A stretch of DNA of 64,000 nt from Salpingoeca rosetta (lineage: Eukaryota; Protista; Choanoflagellata), in the NCBI GenBank assembly GCA_033442325.1, contig JAWQFM010000023.1, forward strand, positions 1-64,000, read 5' to 3'. Within the stretch, counting starts at the first letter, position 1; each line of letters opens with the position of its first letter. The notes beneath the pieces are model-generated. The model did no database searches and was not told the DNA's origin. It saw only the letters and a list, made by a program, of their open reading frames with translations. Position numbers and translations under genes: made by a program. Positions 22,668 through 59,953 of this stretch are shown here, in pieces.

Positions 22668-25124
22668 ATGAGCAGTGCCAAGCCGCGTAAAGCTCTTGGC
22701 GAGGAGTACATCGGCGATGGCGGGGTGCGGTCGCGACCAAGAAACAAGCGGGCCAAGGCAGAGGGCAAGCAGTTCACGTACCTGGATGCCTTGACGTCGC
22801 AGAAGATTATCGATCAAGCGCGGCAGCAAGTGGAAGAAGCAGAGCAAGATGAGCGCAAGCAGGCTGCTCCTAGACCACACGTGGAGGTGTCCACCACTCG
22901 AGACAGCGAAGACGAGGACGATGACAGCAGGCGACAGAGGAAGAAGACGGCGGCACGCACCAAGAAGAGCGGAAAGAAAGGCGAGCCCGTGCACGTCTCT
23001 GGGAACGTCTACCTCCGTGAGCGCTTTGCGGTTGATGACGATGATGACACAGAGGATGCTGCGATCGATCCACAGGGTGCAGACGCAGACTATCAAACGC
23101 TCTCCAGCGAGATGGGCATTGATGCAACGGACGAGGCATCCGTTGCAGCCTTCATGCCGGAAGAGGCGCCTGCTCGCATGACGCTGGCAGATGTCATCTT
23201 GGCCAAGATTGAGGAGAACAAGACGGAGATTCAGACTCAGCTGTCTGAGATGGACCACACGCCAACTTTGCCACACAATATCGTTCAGCTCTATCGTCGG
23301 TGAGTGTGTGTGTGTATGTGTGTGTGTGTGCGCGTGTGCGTGCGTGCGCGCGTGTGTGTGTGTGTGCGTGCGTTCGTGTGCGTGCGTGCCCTCGTGTGCG
23401 TGTGTGTAATGGTGAGAGAAGGCCGTCATGATGTGGAGACACTGCTGCTTTGCTCGCGTGTGCGTGTAGCTGTCTGCCTCACCCCTGCCATCCCTTGGCC
23501 AACCCTCCACTTGCACACGTGGGTCCATGGCTCACATCGCCGCTTGGTGCCCGCCCCCCCCCCTGTTCCGGTCCCCGGATTGTAGCGTGGGCCAGTTTTT
23601 GTCCACATACAAGTCGGGAAAGATGCTCAAGGCTGTCAAGCGCATGCCTACGCAGGCCAACTGGGAAGAGGTGCGCCCTTCCCTGCTCTGCCTGCTCTTG
23701 TGCACATGACCATGTGCCACACCATCCCGCACACACGTGCACACGCATGAAGCGTCCACATAGACCTGTTGCTGCCATTTCTCGTGACCATGTGTGTGTG
23801 TGTGTGATTGCATGTGCCTGCAGTTGATGTACTTGACTCAGCCGGAGACCTGGAGCGCCGCGTCCATGTATCAGATTACTCGCATCTTCTCCTCAAACCT
23901 CAACGCCAAGAAAGTCCAGCGGTGCGTGCGTGTACACTGTGCGTGCGTTTGTACGTGTGCACGTGTGTTTGCTGTCTTTACCTGCGTGCGTGCATGTGCA
24001 CATGTGTGTGTGTGTGTGTGCCTGCTCCAGCGTCCACGTGTCATTGCTGTGCATTCACACAATGGTGTCTGCACCCCACGATCCCTACCCTGCGTCTTTC
24101 GATGCCTCTGCAGCTTCTACAACCTGGTGCTGCTGCCGCGCGTTCGCGATGACATTGCCGAGTTTGACAAGCTCAACTACCATCTCTACCGCGCCCTGAT
24201 GCGCGCCCTGTTCAAGCCGCGCGCGTTCTACCTGGGCATTGTGCTGCCGTTGTGCCAGAGTGGAGACTGCACCCTGCGCGAGGCCGTCATCATCAGCAGC
24301 GTCTTGGCAAAGAAGAGCATCCCGCCTGCAGAGTCCGCTGCCGCCATGATCAAGATTGCAGAGATGCCATATGCTGGTGTGTTTGTGTGTGTGTGTGCGC
24401 GCGCGCGCGTGTGTGTGTGCATGTGCGTGTGTGTGCATGTGCGTGTGTGTGAGCGTGTTCTCATGTGTGTGAGTGGTCGTGTGCGCGGCAATGCACCACG
24501 CACGCCCCAGCCCTGATCTCTGCAGCTCATTCTCACCACGTCTGGCACTGTTACTGCTGTGCGCAGGTGCGAGCAGCATCTTCCTGCGCGTGCTGATTGA
24601 CAAGAAGTACGCCCTGCCCTACCGCGTCATCGATGCGCTCGTTGCCCATTTCGTGCGCGCAGAGCACGACAGACGCGACCTTCCTGTGTTGTGGCACCAG
24701 TGCTTCCTTGTCCTCGCCCAACGGTGAGCGTCTTTGCCTGCCCGTGACTGTGATCTGTTTCCTGGCACCCATGCACCCGGATTGACTCGCTCACTCACTC
24801 ACTCACTCACTCACTCACTCACTCACTCACACACTCACTCACCCACACACTCACTCACTCACTCTCACGCACACACTCACTCACACACACTCACTCACTC
24901 ACTCACGCACACACTCACTCTCTCGCACACACTCACTCAATCACACACTCACTCAATCACACACTCACACACACTCTCTCTCCAGGTACCGACGATACAT
25001 CTCTGATGAACAGAAGGAGGCGTTGAAACAAGTGCTGAAGGTGCACAGGCACCACAAGATCACCCCGGTCATTCTCCACGCCCTCATGGCGCCCGACAAG
25101 AGGCGCGGTAAGCAGCAGTCGTGA
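22668..25124 (+). CDS. BYSL: Bystin / Enp1, 40S ribosome biogenesis factor
   Basis: Exons 22668-23299, 23586-23670, 23824-23921, 24114-24376, 24567-24723 and 24986-25124. Motifs [63 protein letters not shown]. Confidence 0.96.
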
Positions 25125-25550
25125 TGTGCAACAACACCCCCTTCAACTTCTTTTCGTTGTCCTATTCACATCCGCCCTGATTATACCACACTTAGCTTCT
25201 GCCCCATCCTTGCTTCATCTTGTTTGTACATGTAAGTGTCTTTGTCTGTGTCTGTGTGCGTGTGTGAGTGAGTGTGTGTGTGCGTAGCTCTGTGCATCTA
25301 CCTCTTGCATCTACTGTGTGTGCGTGTGCGTCTGCTCCAACAACCACACGCCGACTGTGCCCATAAAAGGAAAATGTGTTTCTGATTCGATGCACGCCAC
25401 CACCACCGACAACAACAAAGCGAAAACGAAAAGAGCAGGACCACCACATCCACGCCCACCAACTTCACCATCCACCACCACCACACCCTCCTGCTCGACT
25501 CATCCACAACGCACGCCCGATGCTGCTGCGTTCAAGGGCACCACATCACC

Positions 25551-34766
<9,216 letters not shown>

Positions 34767-35398
34767 CACGCCCGGTCACGTGGGCGTGGTGACATTGTTA
34801 CAGTGCTTACGGTACCGTTTTGTGCCGCTGTGTTGTGTGTCGTGGCAAGCGACTACTGTTGCGACGTGCGTGTGACGCCTGCATGCTTACGCGCTGACCT
34901 GGCTGTTGCTTGGCCCTGTTACATTCTCGCACGCCCCTCTTTTATCCCTTCTGTACTTACATCCATGACTCTGTGGACGTGCCTTTGCGACCTGTCTTTC
35001 GTACTACGTTAGCATTGCTTTTTCGTGATGGTATTGACATGAATGCATGATGACTGTATTTGGAATTATCTGCTCTGCTTTGTTTTGTGTGTGTGTGTGT
35101 GGTGTCTTTGCGCGCCGATTCAACACAGAGCGTAGCTGGTGGTGCTGGCGATGTCTTTCGTGTGTATAGTCTTCATGGTTGACAGTGAACATTTGATGAA
35201 CAGGCAATGGAAGTGTCATGCGTGTGCGAACAGCAGCAGCTACATGAGGGGATGGTGGACACACACACACACACACACATACGCTGCTTGCTCAATTTTT
35301 GTGCTGTCGCCATCCAACCGCGACCGCTGGCCCCCGCTGGCTACACAACGATCGACACCAAGCAAACAAGCAAGCAACACACCGAGCGAGTAGCAGCC

Positions 35399-38259
<2,861 letters not shown>

Positions 38260-38643
38260 CTGCAAGAACAGCTTGCATGCCATGTCGTCTACCTGTCTGT
38301 CTGTCTGTGTCTGTCTGTGTGAATCACCAACCATCGCCCTCGCTCGTCTTTCGTTCATCTTTCCCTCGCCTTTCGTTCATCTTTCCCTCCCTCCCCTTCC
38401 TTGCCCTTCGTCAATCCGCTGCGTTCTTCGGACCCGCGTGCCGTGTCCCTTCTGGTCTGTTACATCTCGCCCCTGAGTACCGTTCGTCACCGCTCCTCTT
38501 GTTCTCATTCCCGTTTCCCGTTATGACATTGGCCATCGCCGTAACACATCAGGTCGACCACACACGAACACGAACACACGAACGGACATGCCTGGCCAAG
38601 AGGAGGGCGCAGGATGGGTGACAAAGGCACACAAAGCACACAA

Positions 38644-38710
<67 letters not shown>

Positions 38711-39080
38711 CACACACACACAAAGCACACAAAGCACACACACAAATCCAAACAACAAAACAAGAAGCAAGCAAGAGAAGAGAAGAAGAACAGCGCGCAA
38801 CAAACAAGCAGCAGTTACAGCCCCCTCTGTTCTTGTCTGTCTTGCTTCTTTTGCTGCTGATGATCGTGGACCTGGGCTCACCGTCAGCACCTGACACGCG
38901 TTCAAGAAGCCAAACTGGGGCTGCTTTGAGCCAACGACTTGAGTTGGCTTTGTATCCACGCCCTTCCACCTGTCCTCTGTGTGCTCACGGTGATCTGTTG
39001 CGGCCTGCTTTCTTCCCAGCGCCACAGCGTTGCATAACACAGGCGACAACGGTCTGCCCAGCACTTACACGCGTGTGGTG

Positions 39081-43876
<4,796 letters not shown>

Positions 43877-44487
43877 CGTTGTGCGGGATTGCTCTAATCG
43901 CCTGTGCCTGTGCGCGTGTGCGTGTGTGCGTGTGTGCGTCTGTGTGTGTGTGTGTGTCTGTGTGTGTGTGTGTGTCGTGTAAATGTTGTGTATTTGTCAT
44001 TTGTCTTGTGTTTGTGTCTGTGTGTGTGTGTGTCTGTGTATGTCGTGTATATGTTTGGTCGTGCTTGAAGGACAGTGCAATAAACGTATGATTGAACCCA
44101 ACTGATGTGGTGGTGTATGAAAGTGTAATCGCTGGTGGTGAAGATTCATGTCAAACAACAAGGCAGCACAGCTCAACAATGGGCGAAGAGGAGGAGGGGG
44201 GCAGTTCAGGCAAGAGGACCAAACAAAACAAAACAAAGAACACACGCAAGCTCACACATACACGCATACAGCGGCAATCAACAGCGGCCGCAATACGGTG
44301 CATGCCAACTTTGTGAGGCAGGACTGTGTGCACATGTGTGCAAGCGAGTGGAAAATGGCACAGCTGGGGCTTACACAGGCAACCATTTGTATGATGAACT
44401 CAACGCACTGACCAATGCAACCAACCGCACGTGTGTATGTATCACCAGCAGCTGCATGCATGCGTGTGTGTGTGTGTGTGTGTGTGC

Positions 44488-46391
<1,904 letters not shown>

Positions 46392-46748
46392 CTTGCTGGT
46401 GTTGGACAGTTTGCTCGCAGTGGAGAAGAATGGGACAGTGCGGGTTGGCACAGAACGCGGGAATGCGGGCTGGAGGAAGGCTCGTGTTTGAGGCCGGAGG
46501 CAGCGGGCGGATGCAGCAGCGAACAGCGGTTGAGCGACCCTCAATCGGGAAGCAAGAGACAAGCAAGTCGTTAGGGGCGCCAGCGTCACGTCTACAGCAC
46601 AGAATCAGGCAATCGTGTGCACGCGTGTGGTTTGTATGTGAGTCAATGGTGGTGACAGGCGATGGTGCTGTGCATGTGGAAGAGAGAGAGAGAGAGAGAG
46701 AGAGGGCGGGTTGCTTGGTTGGTTGTACATGCACGCAAAACAACCAAT

Positions 46749-46881
<133 letters not shown>

Positions 46882-47282
46882 CACACACGCGCGCGCGCGC
46901 GCGCGCTCACGAGAGAAGAAAGAAAATGAGAGCTGACATGTGTGTCATACCACAACACACAGCGCAGGCGCCAGTGTGTCCACGCCGCCACCAACCACCA
47001 CTGTGGCTCTTCCTCACCTCGAGCACACACAACTTCACAACTTCGGAGGTGCAATTGGCAAATGACACGCTGTATGCAGTGCAATTTGCAACGCACCCAA
47101 ACATCGCCGCTGTTGCGCACTTCCCCACCACCCACGTGCACCAACAACACGCCCAAACTACATCATACCTCGTTCACACACATCCACGCGCGCGCACACA
47201 CACATCCACGCATACACGTCCACGCACGCCCACATCCACGCACACACTCCGATCTCCACATCACCACACACCACAGCGAACC

Positions 47283-48423
47283 ATGTCAACGAGGAAAGAG
47301 CCCACGGATCTGCTCGAGGAAGAGCTGCAGGAGCTGCGGCATGAGCAGGCCGCGTTGCCCTCCCACAATCTCAAGGATGAGGACTTTGACGATGAAGACA
47401 ACGCTGATGATGATGACGATGATCATGACTACAACGAGGATGGTGGCCACGATGACGACTACGATGACGACGGTGATGACTATGATGACGATGGCGATGC
47501 CCGCAACGCAGGAAAGGCCGGGCGACACAACGGATGGGTGCCGCCGGGGGCTGACAACCAGGGCGGGGATGAGGATGTGTTTGGAACAGACCTTGATGAG
47601 CACTTCTACATCCCACGCCGGCTTGAGGACAAGTGTGCTTCCCTCGTCGAGGCCGTCAACGACTTCCACTTTGCCATGCTCAACGACAGCCAACGCAACG
47701 ACTTCTACCGCCAGGCGCTCGCGCGCCAAGTGAAGCCTGGCGATGTGGTGCTCGAGATTGGCACGGGGTCTGGGTTGCTGGCCATGCTTGCGGCCTCCGC
47801 TGGCGCCAAGCACGTGTACACAATCGAGGCCAACCGCCACCTTGCAGCGCTGGCCCGCAAGATCATCCGCGCCAACAACCTCCAAGACAAGATCACCGTC
47901 ATCAACAAGCTGTCCACCAACGTGCACGTTGGCCACGACTTTCCGGAGCGCTGCGATGTGCTCGTGTCGGAGATCCTGGGCACGCTGCTGCTGGGCGAGA
48001 GCGCGCTGCAGTTTGTGGCGGACGCGCGCCGGCGGCTGCTGAAGAAGGACGCGGCCATCATCCCGCGGGCCGGGCGCCAGTTCATCTCCCTCGTGCAGTC
48101 CAACGAGCTGCGGCAAATCACCTCCGTGCAGAAGTGGGAAGGGTTTGATCTGCACGAGTTCAACGCACTCCAGGACACGGTGTCACTGGTGTTCACTAAG
48201 CAATATGGGTTCCGCTTCAGCTCTGTCAAGCACGACCTGCTTGTTGCGAAGCAGCAGGTGTGCGACGTTGACTTTACCCGTGATGGGCCAGGCTCCCTTG
48301 GCGAAGAGGTGATCATCCCAATTGTTGCCGAGGCAGACGGCACCGTGGATGCCGTGCTCACATATTGGGAGGCATACGGCGACAAGGACGAGCAGCTGGT
48401 GTGTCACTGCGTGTGTGTGTGTG

Positions 48424-48520
<97 letters not shown>

Positions 48521-48891
48521 ACCTGCTATGACATGATTGCGTGCGTTTATATCTAATGCGCCTGTCCCATCTGTCCATACTTGCCTTTCTTCCCCCAAAC
48601 TCCTTGCCACATCTTGTGCTCACCCCGGACGTCCGGCACCCCCCCCCCCATTTCCTTCCGCCACACCACGAGCAGGTCATGTCGACGGAGCCCGAGGCAA
48701 CAAAGGACAACTTTGCGCGGGACATGCAGTGGGGCCAGGCGCTGCAGCTGGTGGAGGACCTCGACAACGAGGGCGACGAGCCAAAGCCGTTTGTGGTGTC
48801 AAAGGGCGAGAGGATTGATCTCATCGTTCGCTTCTCAGAGGACAGCGCCGTCATGCAGTTTGCCCTCTCCCGCCCACAGCACGCCGCGTGA
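47283..48891 (+). CDS. PRMT7: Protein arginine methyltransferase 7, single-core type
   Basis: Exons 47283-48398 and 48676-48891. [23 protein letters not shown], double-E loop [12 protein letters not shown], and MQW in place of the THW loop ([10 protein letters not shown]). Acidic N-terminus. Confidence 0.9.
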
Positions 48892-49338
48892 CACATGAAC
48901 CCGTGCCTGTCTGTGTGTGTGTGCCTGTGTGTGCGTGTATGTGTGTGCCTGTGTGTGTGTGCCTGTGTGTGCGTGTATGTGTGTGCGTGTGTGTGTGTGC
49001 GTGTGCGTGTATGTGTGTGCGTGTGTGTGTGTGTTCTGTGTTCTGTGTGTATGTGTGTGTGTGCGTGTGTTCTGTGCGTGCGTGTATGTGTGTGTGTGTG
49101 ATGCGACACGTGTTGCCACCCACCGTGAATTCCCCCTCTCTGAGTTGCTTCCCGCGTCACCTTGCCTGCCTGCCTTGTCTCTCTCCTCTTGTACAGCCAA
49201 TGCCTTGCTTGCTCGCCCGTCTGCGCCAATGAAACCAATGAAGGACAAGGAATGTGAGGAAAGAAAGGAGTACACCATCTTGACCACTTTTAACAGCCCG
49301 CAACCAACAAACAACAACACTGATCACCACCAGCGGAT

Positions 49339-50286
49339 ATGCTGACAAGTGTTGTGGCGAGTGTGGTGGAGTGGGCGCAGAGCCGCCCCTTTCTTGCCTT
49401 CAGCGTGGCCGTGCCCACGGCGCTGTACCTGTTTGATGAGGTGTACGTGCACAGCCGGCGCGTCGCCGCCACGCGCGTGGACACCCTGCCTGAGCGCTTC
49501 TCTGCCCTGATGACCCAGTCCGACTTTGTGAAGGCCCGCAACTACCGCCTTGACCGTCTCAACTTTGCTTTCTGGTGAGTGCAGCTATCGTTTTGTGTGT
49601 ATGTGTGTATGTGTGTGTGTGTATGTGTGTGTGTATGTGTGTGTCTGTCTGTCTATGTATGTGTGTGTGTGTCTGTACCTGTGGCTGTGTCTGTGTCTGT
49701 GTCTGTGTGCCTGCCTCTGTCCTAGATCTTGCACTGCCTGCCATCACCCGCCACTCACCGCACCATTGCGCTCAAACGTACACACATACGCACACACATA
49801 CGCACACACACACGCCCACACACACACACATACGCACACCGCACACACACACACACACAACATGTAGGCACAATGCGTTTTCGTTCACCACGTCCATGGC
49901 CAAGCTTGTGCTTGGGTGGCTGCCATTCGTGTGGGGTGTCTCTGCGAACGTGCTTGAGTGGGCCGGCTTTGAGGCATCCGCTTCTCCGGGGCTGCACGCG
50001 TTCCTCTTCTTCCAGATCATGACCTTTGCTGATCAGATCATGCATCTCCCATGGACCATCTACCACACCTTTGTCCTCGAGCAGAAACACGGCTTCAACA
50101 AACAGGTGCACACGGAACATGCACTGCTGCGGTGCACATGTGTGCATAGGGGGTGTTCGGGAAGAAGGCACATGCAATGCTGCTTTTGCCATCTGCCTCA
50201 CTCGCACGCGCATACACACATATACACACATACACACACTCGCATACACCTGCATGCACTCACGTACATACGCACTCAAACACCCA

Positions 50287-50321
<35 letters not shown>

Positions 50322-50975
50322 TCATTCATTCATTCATTCATTCACACATTCATTCATACACATGTACACGCACGTGTGCAGACTGCAGGCTTCTTCATCA
50401 AGGACCAGCTGAAGGGGACTGTGCTCACGTCTGTGCTCATGTTCATGTTTGTGCCGGCCTTTGTGCGCATCATCGTGTGGGCCGGGGACGCCTTCTACTT
50501 CTACGCCTGGCTCTTCTCCATGCTCTTCAGCCTCTTCACCATCTCCGTCTACCCAGACTTCATCGCCCCGCTCTTTGACAAGTACACCGACCTCCCCACC
50601 GGCCCCCTGCGCACCGCCATCGAGGCGCTTGCATCCTCCCTCGACTTTCCGCTCACCAAGCTGCTGGTGGTGGAGGGCTCCAAGCGCTCTGCCCACAGCA
50701 ACGCCTACTTCTTCGGCTTCTTCAAGAACAAGCGCATTGTGCTCTTCGATACACTCATGGGCCCGGACTCTGGCGTGCCCAAGGACGCGGTGCCGGCAGC
50801 AGCAGCGACCAACAGCAGCAGCGATAGCAAAGGCTGCACCGTGCCTCAGATCACCGCTGTTGTTGCACACGAGCTTGGCCACTGGTACCATAACCACGTG
50901 CTGAAGGGGTTTGTGCTGCAGCAAGGCATTCTCCTCGGCATGCTCTGGGGCAGCGGCCTCCTCCTCCACAACCAG
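49339..50975 (+). CDS. STE24: CAAX prenyl protease 1 (M48 zinc metalloprotease), 3' part lost in the gap
   Basis: Exons 49339-49574, 49868-50105 and 50382-50975. YHTFVLEQKHGFNKQT, FIAPLFDKY, GSKRSAHSNAYFFGFFKNKRIVLFDTL, HELGH. Confidence 0.96.
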
Positions 50976-51085
50976 GTGCGTGTTGGGGAGGGGGCAGAGG
51001 GGCTGTGTGATTGTGTGTTTTTGCATGTCTGTATGTGCGTGCGTGCGTGTGTGTTTGTCTGTCTGTCTGTCTGTATATATGTGTG

Positions 51086-51553
51086 NNNNNNNNNNNNNNN
51101 NNNNNNNNNNNNNNNNNNNNNNNNNNNNNNNNNNNNNNNNNNNNNNNNNNNNNNNNNNNNNNNNNNNNNNNNNNNNNNNNNNNNNNNNNNNNNNNNNNNN
51201 NNNNNNNNNNNNNNNNNNNNNNNNNNNNNNNNNNNNNNNNNNNNNNNNNNNNNNNNNNNNNNNNNNNNNNNNNNNNNNNNNNNNNNNNNNNNNNNNNNNN
51301 NNNNNNNNNNNNNNNNNNNNNNNNNNNNNNNNNNNNNNNNNNNNNNNNNNNNNNNNNNNNNNNNNNNNNNNNNNNNNNNNNNNNNNNNNNNNNNNNNNNN
51401 NNNNNNNNNNNNNNNNNNNNNNNNNNNNNNNNNNNNNNNNNNNNNNNNNNNNNNNNNNNNNNNNNNNNNNNNNNNNNNNNNNNNNNNNNNNNNNNNNNNN
51501 NNNNNNNNNNNNNNNNNNNNNNNNNNNNNNNNNNNNNNNNNNNNNNNNNNNNN
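51086..51553. other. Assembly gap hiding the STE24 3' exon(s)
   Basis: Run of N flanked by TG repeats. Confidence 1.
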
Positions 51554-51633
51554 TGTGTGTGTGGGTCAGTCAGTAAACGGAAAGCACAAAAACGTTTCCA
51601 CAACAATCCAAGCAAGCAAGCAACACAACGGCG

Positions 51634-51678
51634 ATGAGCGAGCGGGAAGGAGCAGGTTGGTCCACCAGCCAGATCGAT

Positions 51679-51722
<44 letters not shown>

Positions 51723-52492
51723 GTGTGTGTGTCTGTTGCTCGTGCAACCTGCACACGCCAGTGGACACTGGTGGTGCAGCTCAGCTTTGATCTCACTCAA
51801 CCCTGTGTTTGCTTGCAACAAGACTACTCTGCGCTGCAACAGCGCATGAACATGGTGGTGGCCGCATCCAAATACGCCCGTGCAACGACGTAATGTCCAG
51901 CATGCGTGGCAAGCACTGCTGCTGCTGTTGTTGTTGTGTAGTGTGTGTCTTCGAGTGGCTGTCGGCGTCCTCCCTGCTTGCTTGCTTCCTTGCTCCCTCC
52001 TTTGCCTCGCTTGCTCCCCTTGCCATCTCACCGGCTGTCACATACTGCACCCACACCCCGCGCACATGCACCAATACAGGGCGGAGGAGCTGATGGCAAC
52101 TGTGAGTGTTTGTGCTCCGTCTCAGGGTGCTTGTCGGGCGCATCTTCCCGTGTGCCTGGCTGACGCCATGTGTGCCTGTGGGTCTGTGTGCTGTGTGCAT
52201 GCGCAGGCACATCCGCATTACACGAGAGTCACGCGCCTGGCCTGCCTTGCTTGTGTCGTGCCACGACGCCTGTGTACCTTGCAGAACGAGCTCAAGCGTG
52301 GGTACGTCCGAGACGCATCAGAGATGATGGATGATGACGATGACGAAGATGAGGAAGAAGCGGCTGCCAACCTGGTAAGACTTTCATGCAAGCACGTACG
52401 CTCGCCTTCCTTCTCTGCTCGACTGCTTCGATGTGTGTGTGCTGGTGACGACTCCTTTGATACGTGCGTTGGTCGGCTCCCTTGCGTACTTG

Positions 52493-52560
<68 letters not shown>

Positions 52561-52590
52561 CCCCAGAAGCAAGGCCGCAAGCTGCAGTGA
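51634..52590 (+). CDS. Small 76-aa protein of unknown function (5 exons)
   Basis: Exons 51634-51655, 51823-51889, 52080-52101, 52285-52374 and 52561-52590 join through four GT-AG introns with matching phases into 231 nt: MSEREGADYSALQQRMNMVVAASKYARATTAEELMATNELKRGYVRDASEMMDDDDDEDEEEAAANLPQKQGRKLQ*. Confidence 0.7.
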
Positions 52591-52871
52591 AGTGCACACA
52601 CACACACACACACACACACAAGCATCTTAAGATGGCTGTGCGCCCAGTGTTCATCTCTTCCCTTCCACTTCCAACTTGCTCCCGTTCGTCTTGATTGTTG
52701 TCTGTGCCCTGGTTACACTCTCTGGGTGGTTGGTCTGTGCCGTGTTGGTCTGTGCAGTGCCACATGTCACTGAAGTGGTGCGTGCGAATGGTACCATGAT
52801 GTATGGAAGGAAGGTGGGATTAAAAGAACCCGCAAACAAGCAAGGATACTACCATCAGCGTACCACAGCAT

Positions 52872-52916
<45 letters not shown>

Positions 52917-53118
52917 CACACACATGTTCAGCTACAAGGGGATTACGCATGTCGGGGTGAAGTGAGGGCGTCATAGGTGAGCAAGCAACAACTACAGCAC
53001 ATTATATGCCGTGCATGCGTGTGCAAACAGGGCGGGTGCACATGAAGGCAACAAGGCAGAACGTTTCAGGTGCGCTCGCTTGATCCGCTGGTGTTGCCAC
53101 ATTCGTATCCGTCAGGGC

Positions 53119-59405
<6,287 letters not shown>

Positions 59406-59953
59406 CGCCGGTCTCTCCTGTTTGTTGCGTTTTCCTCTCCAAACGACAAAACAGCACACGCGCGCCCGTTGTCTCTCTGCACTGCTTGTCGATGTGTGCC
59501 AATGGCAAGGCGTCCACCAATCAACAACAAGGAACAACAAGGAAGGAAAGACAAGGAAAGACAGCACAGCAACTCACAACAAGCAACAGGCGGCGCAGAA
59601 AGCGAACCCGCCACCATTGATGCGCCTTTGGAAATTTCGTCGGTGTTATCAACAGATATCTCACCTACACCCGCTGCGTGCACTGGAGTTGTGTCCTCTG
59701 CACTGTGGTGTATTGGTTGGTAATGTGTAACAAGCCGCAGCTTCTGTGAGAAGATGCAGGGGGGAGAGATGCGTTCCACAACATGCAAGCGAAGTAGGAA
59801 ACATAAGCACGAGAAGCACGATGTGTACAAAGTAACCCCAAAAGGTCAAAGAAACCTGGAAACAGACGCCTGGCGATCGTTCACAAGTCCACAGGAAAGA
59901 CAGGAATCATGCAAAGAAATCAAGGAGACAAAGGAAAAGGGCTACGAGCAGCA

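Noticed and set aside
46900-46945. Upstream ATG exon (MSALIFFLLS|GTGAGC) for the kinase extension
   Set aside because: Its phase-2 donor joined to the acceptor near 46592 is out of frame with the kinase.
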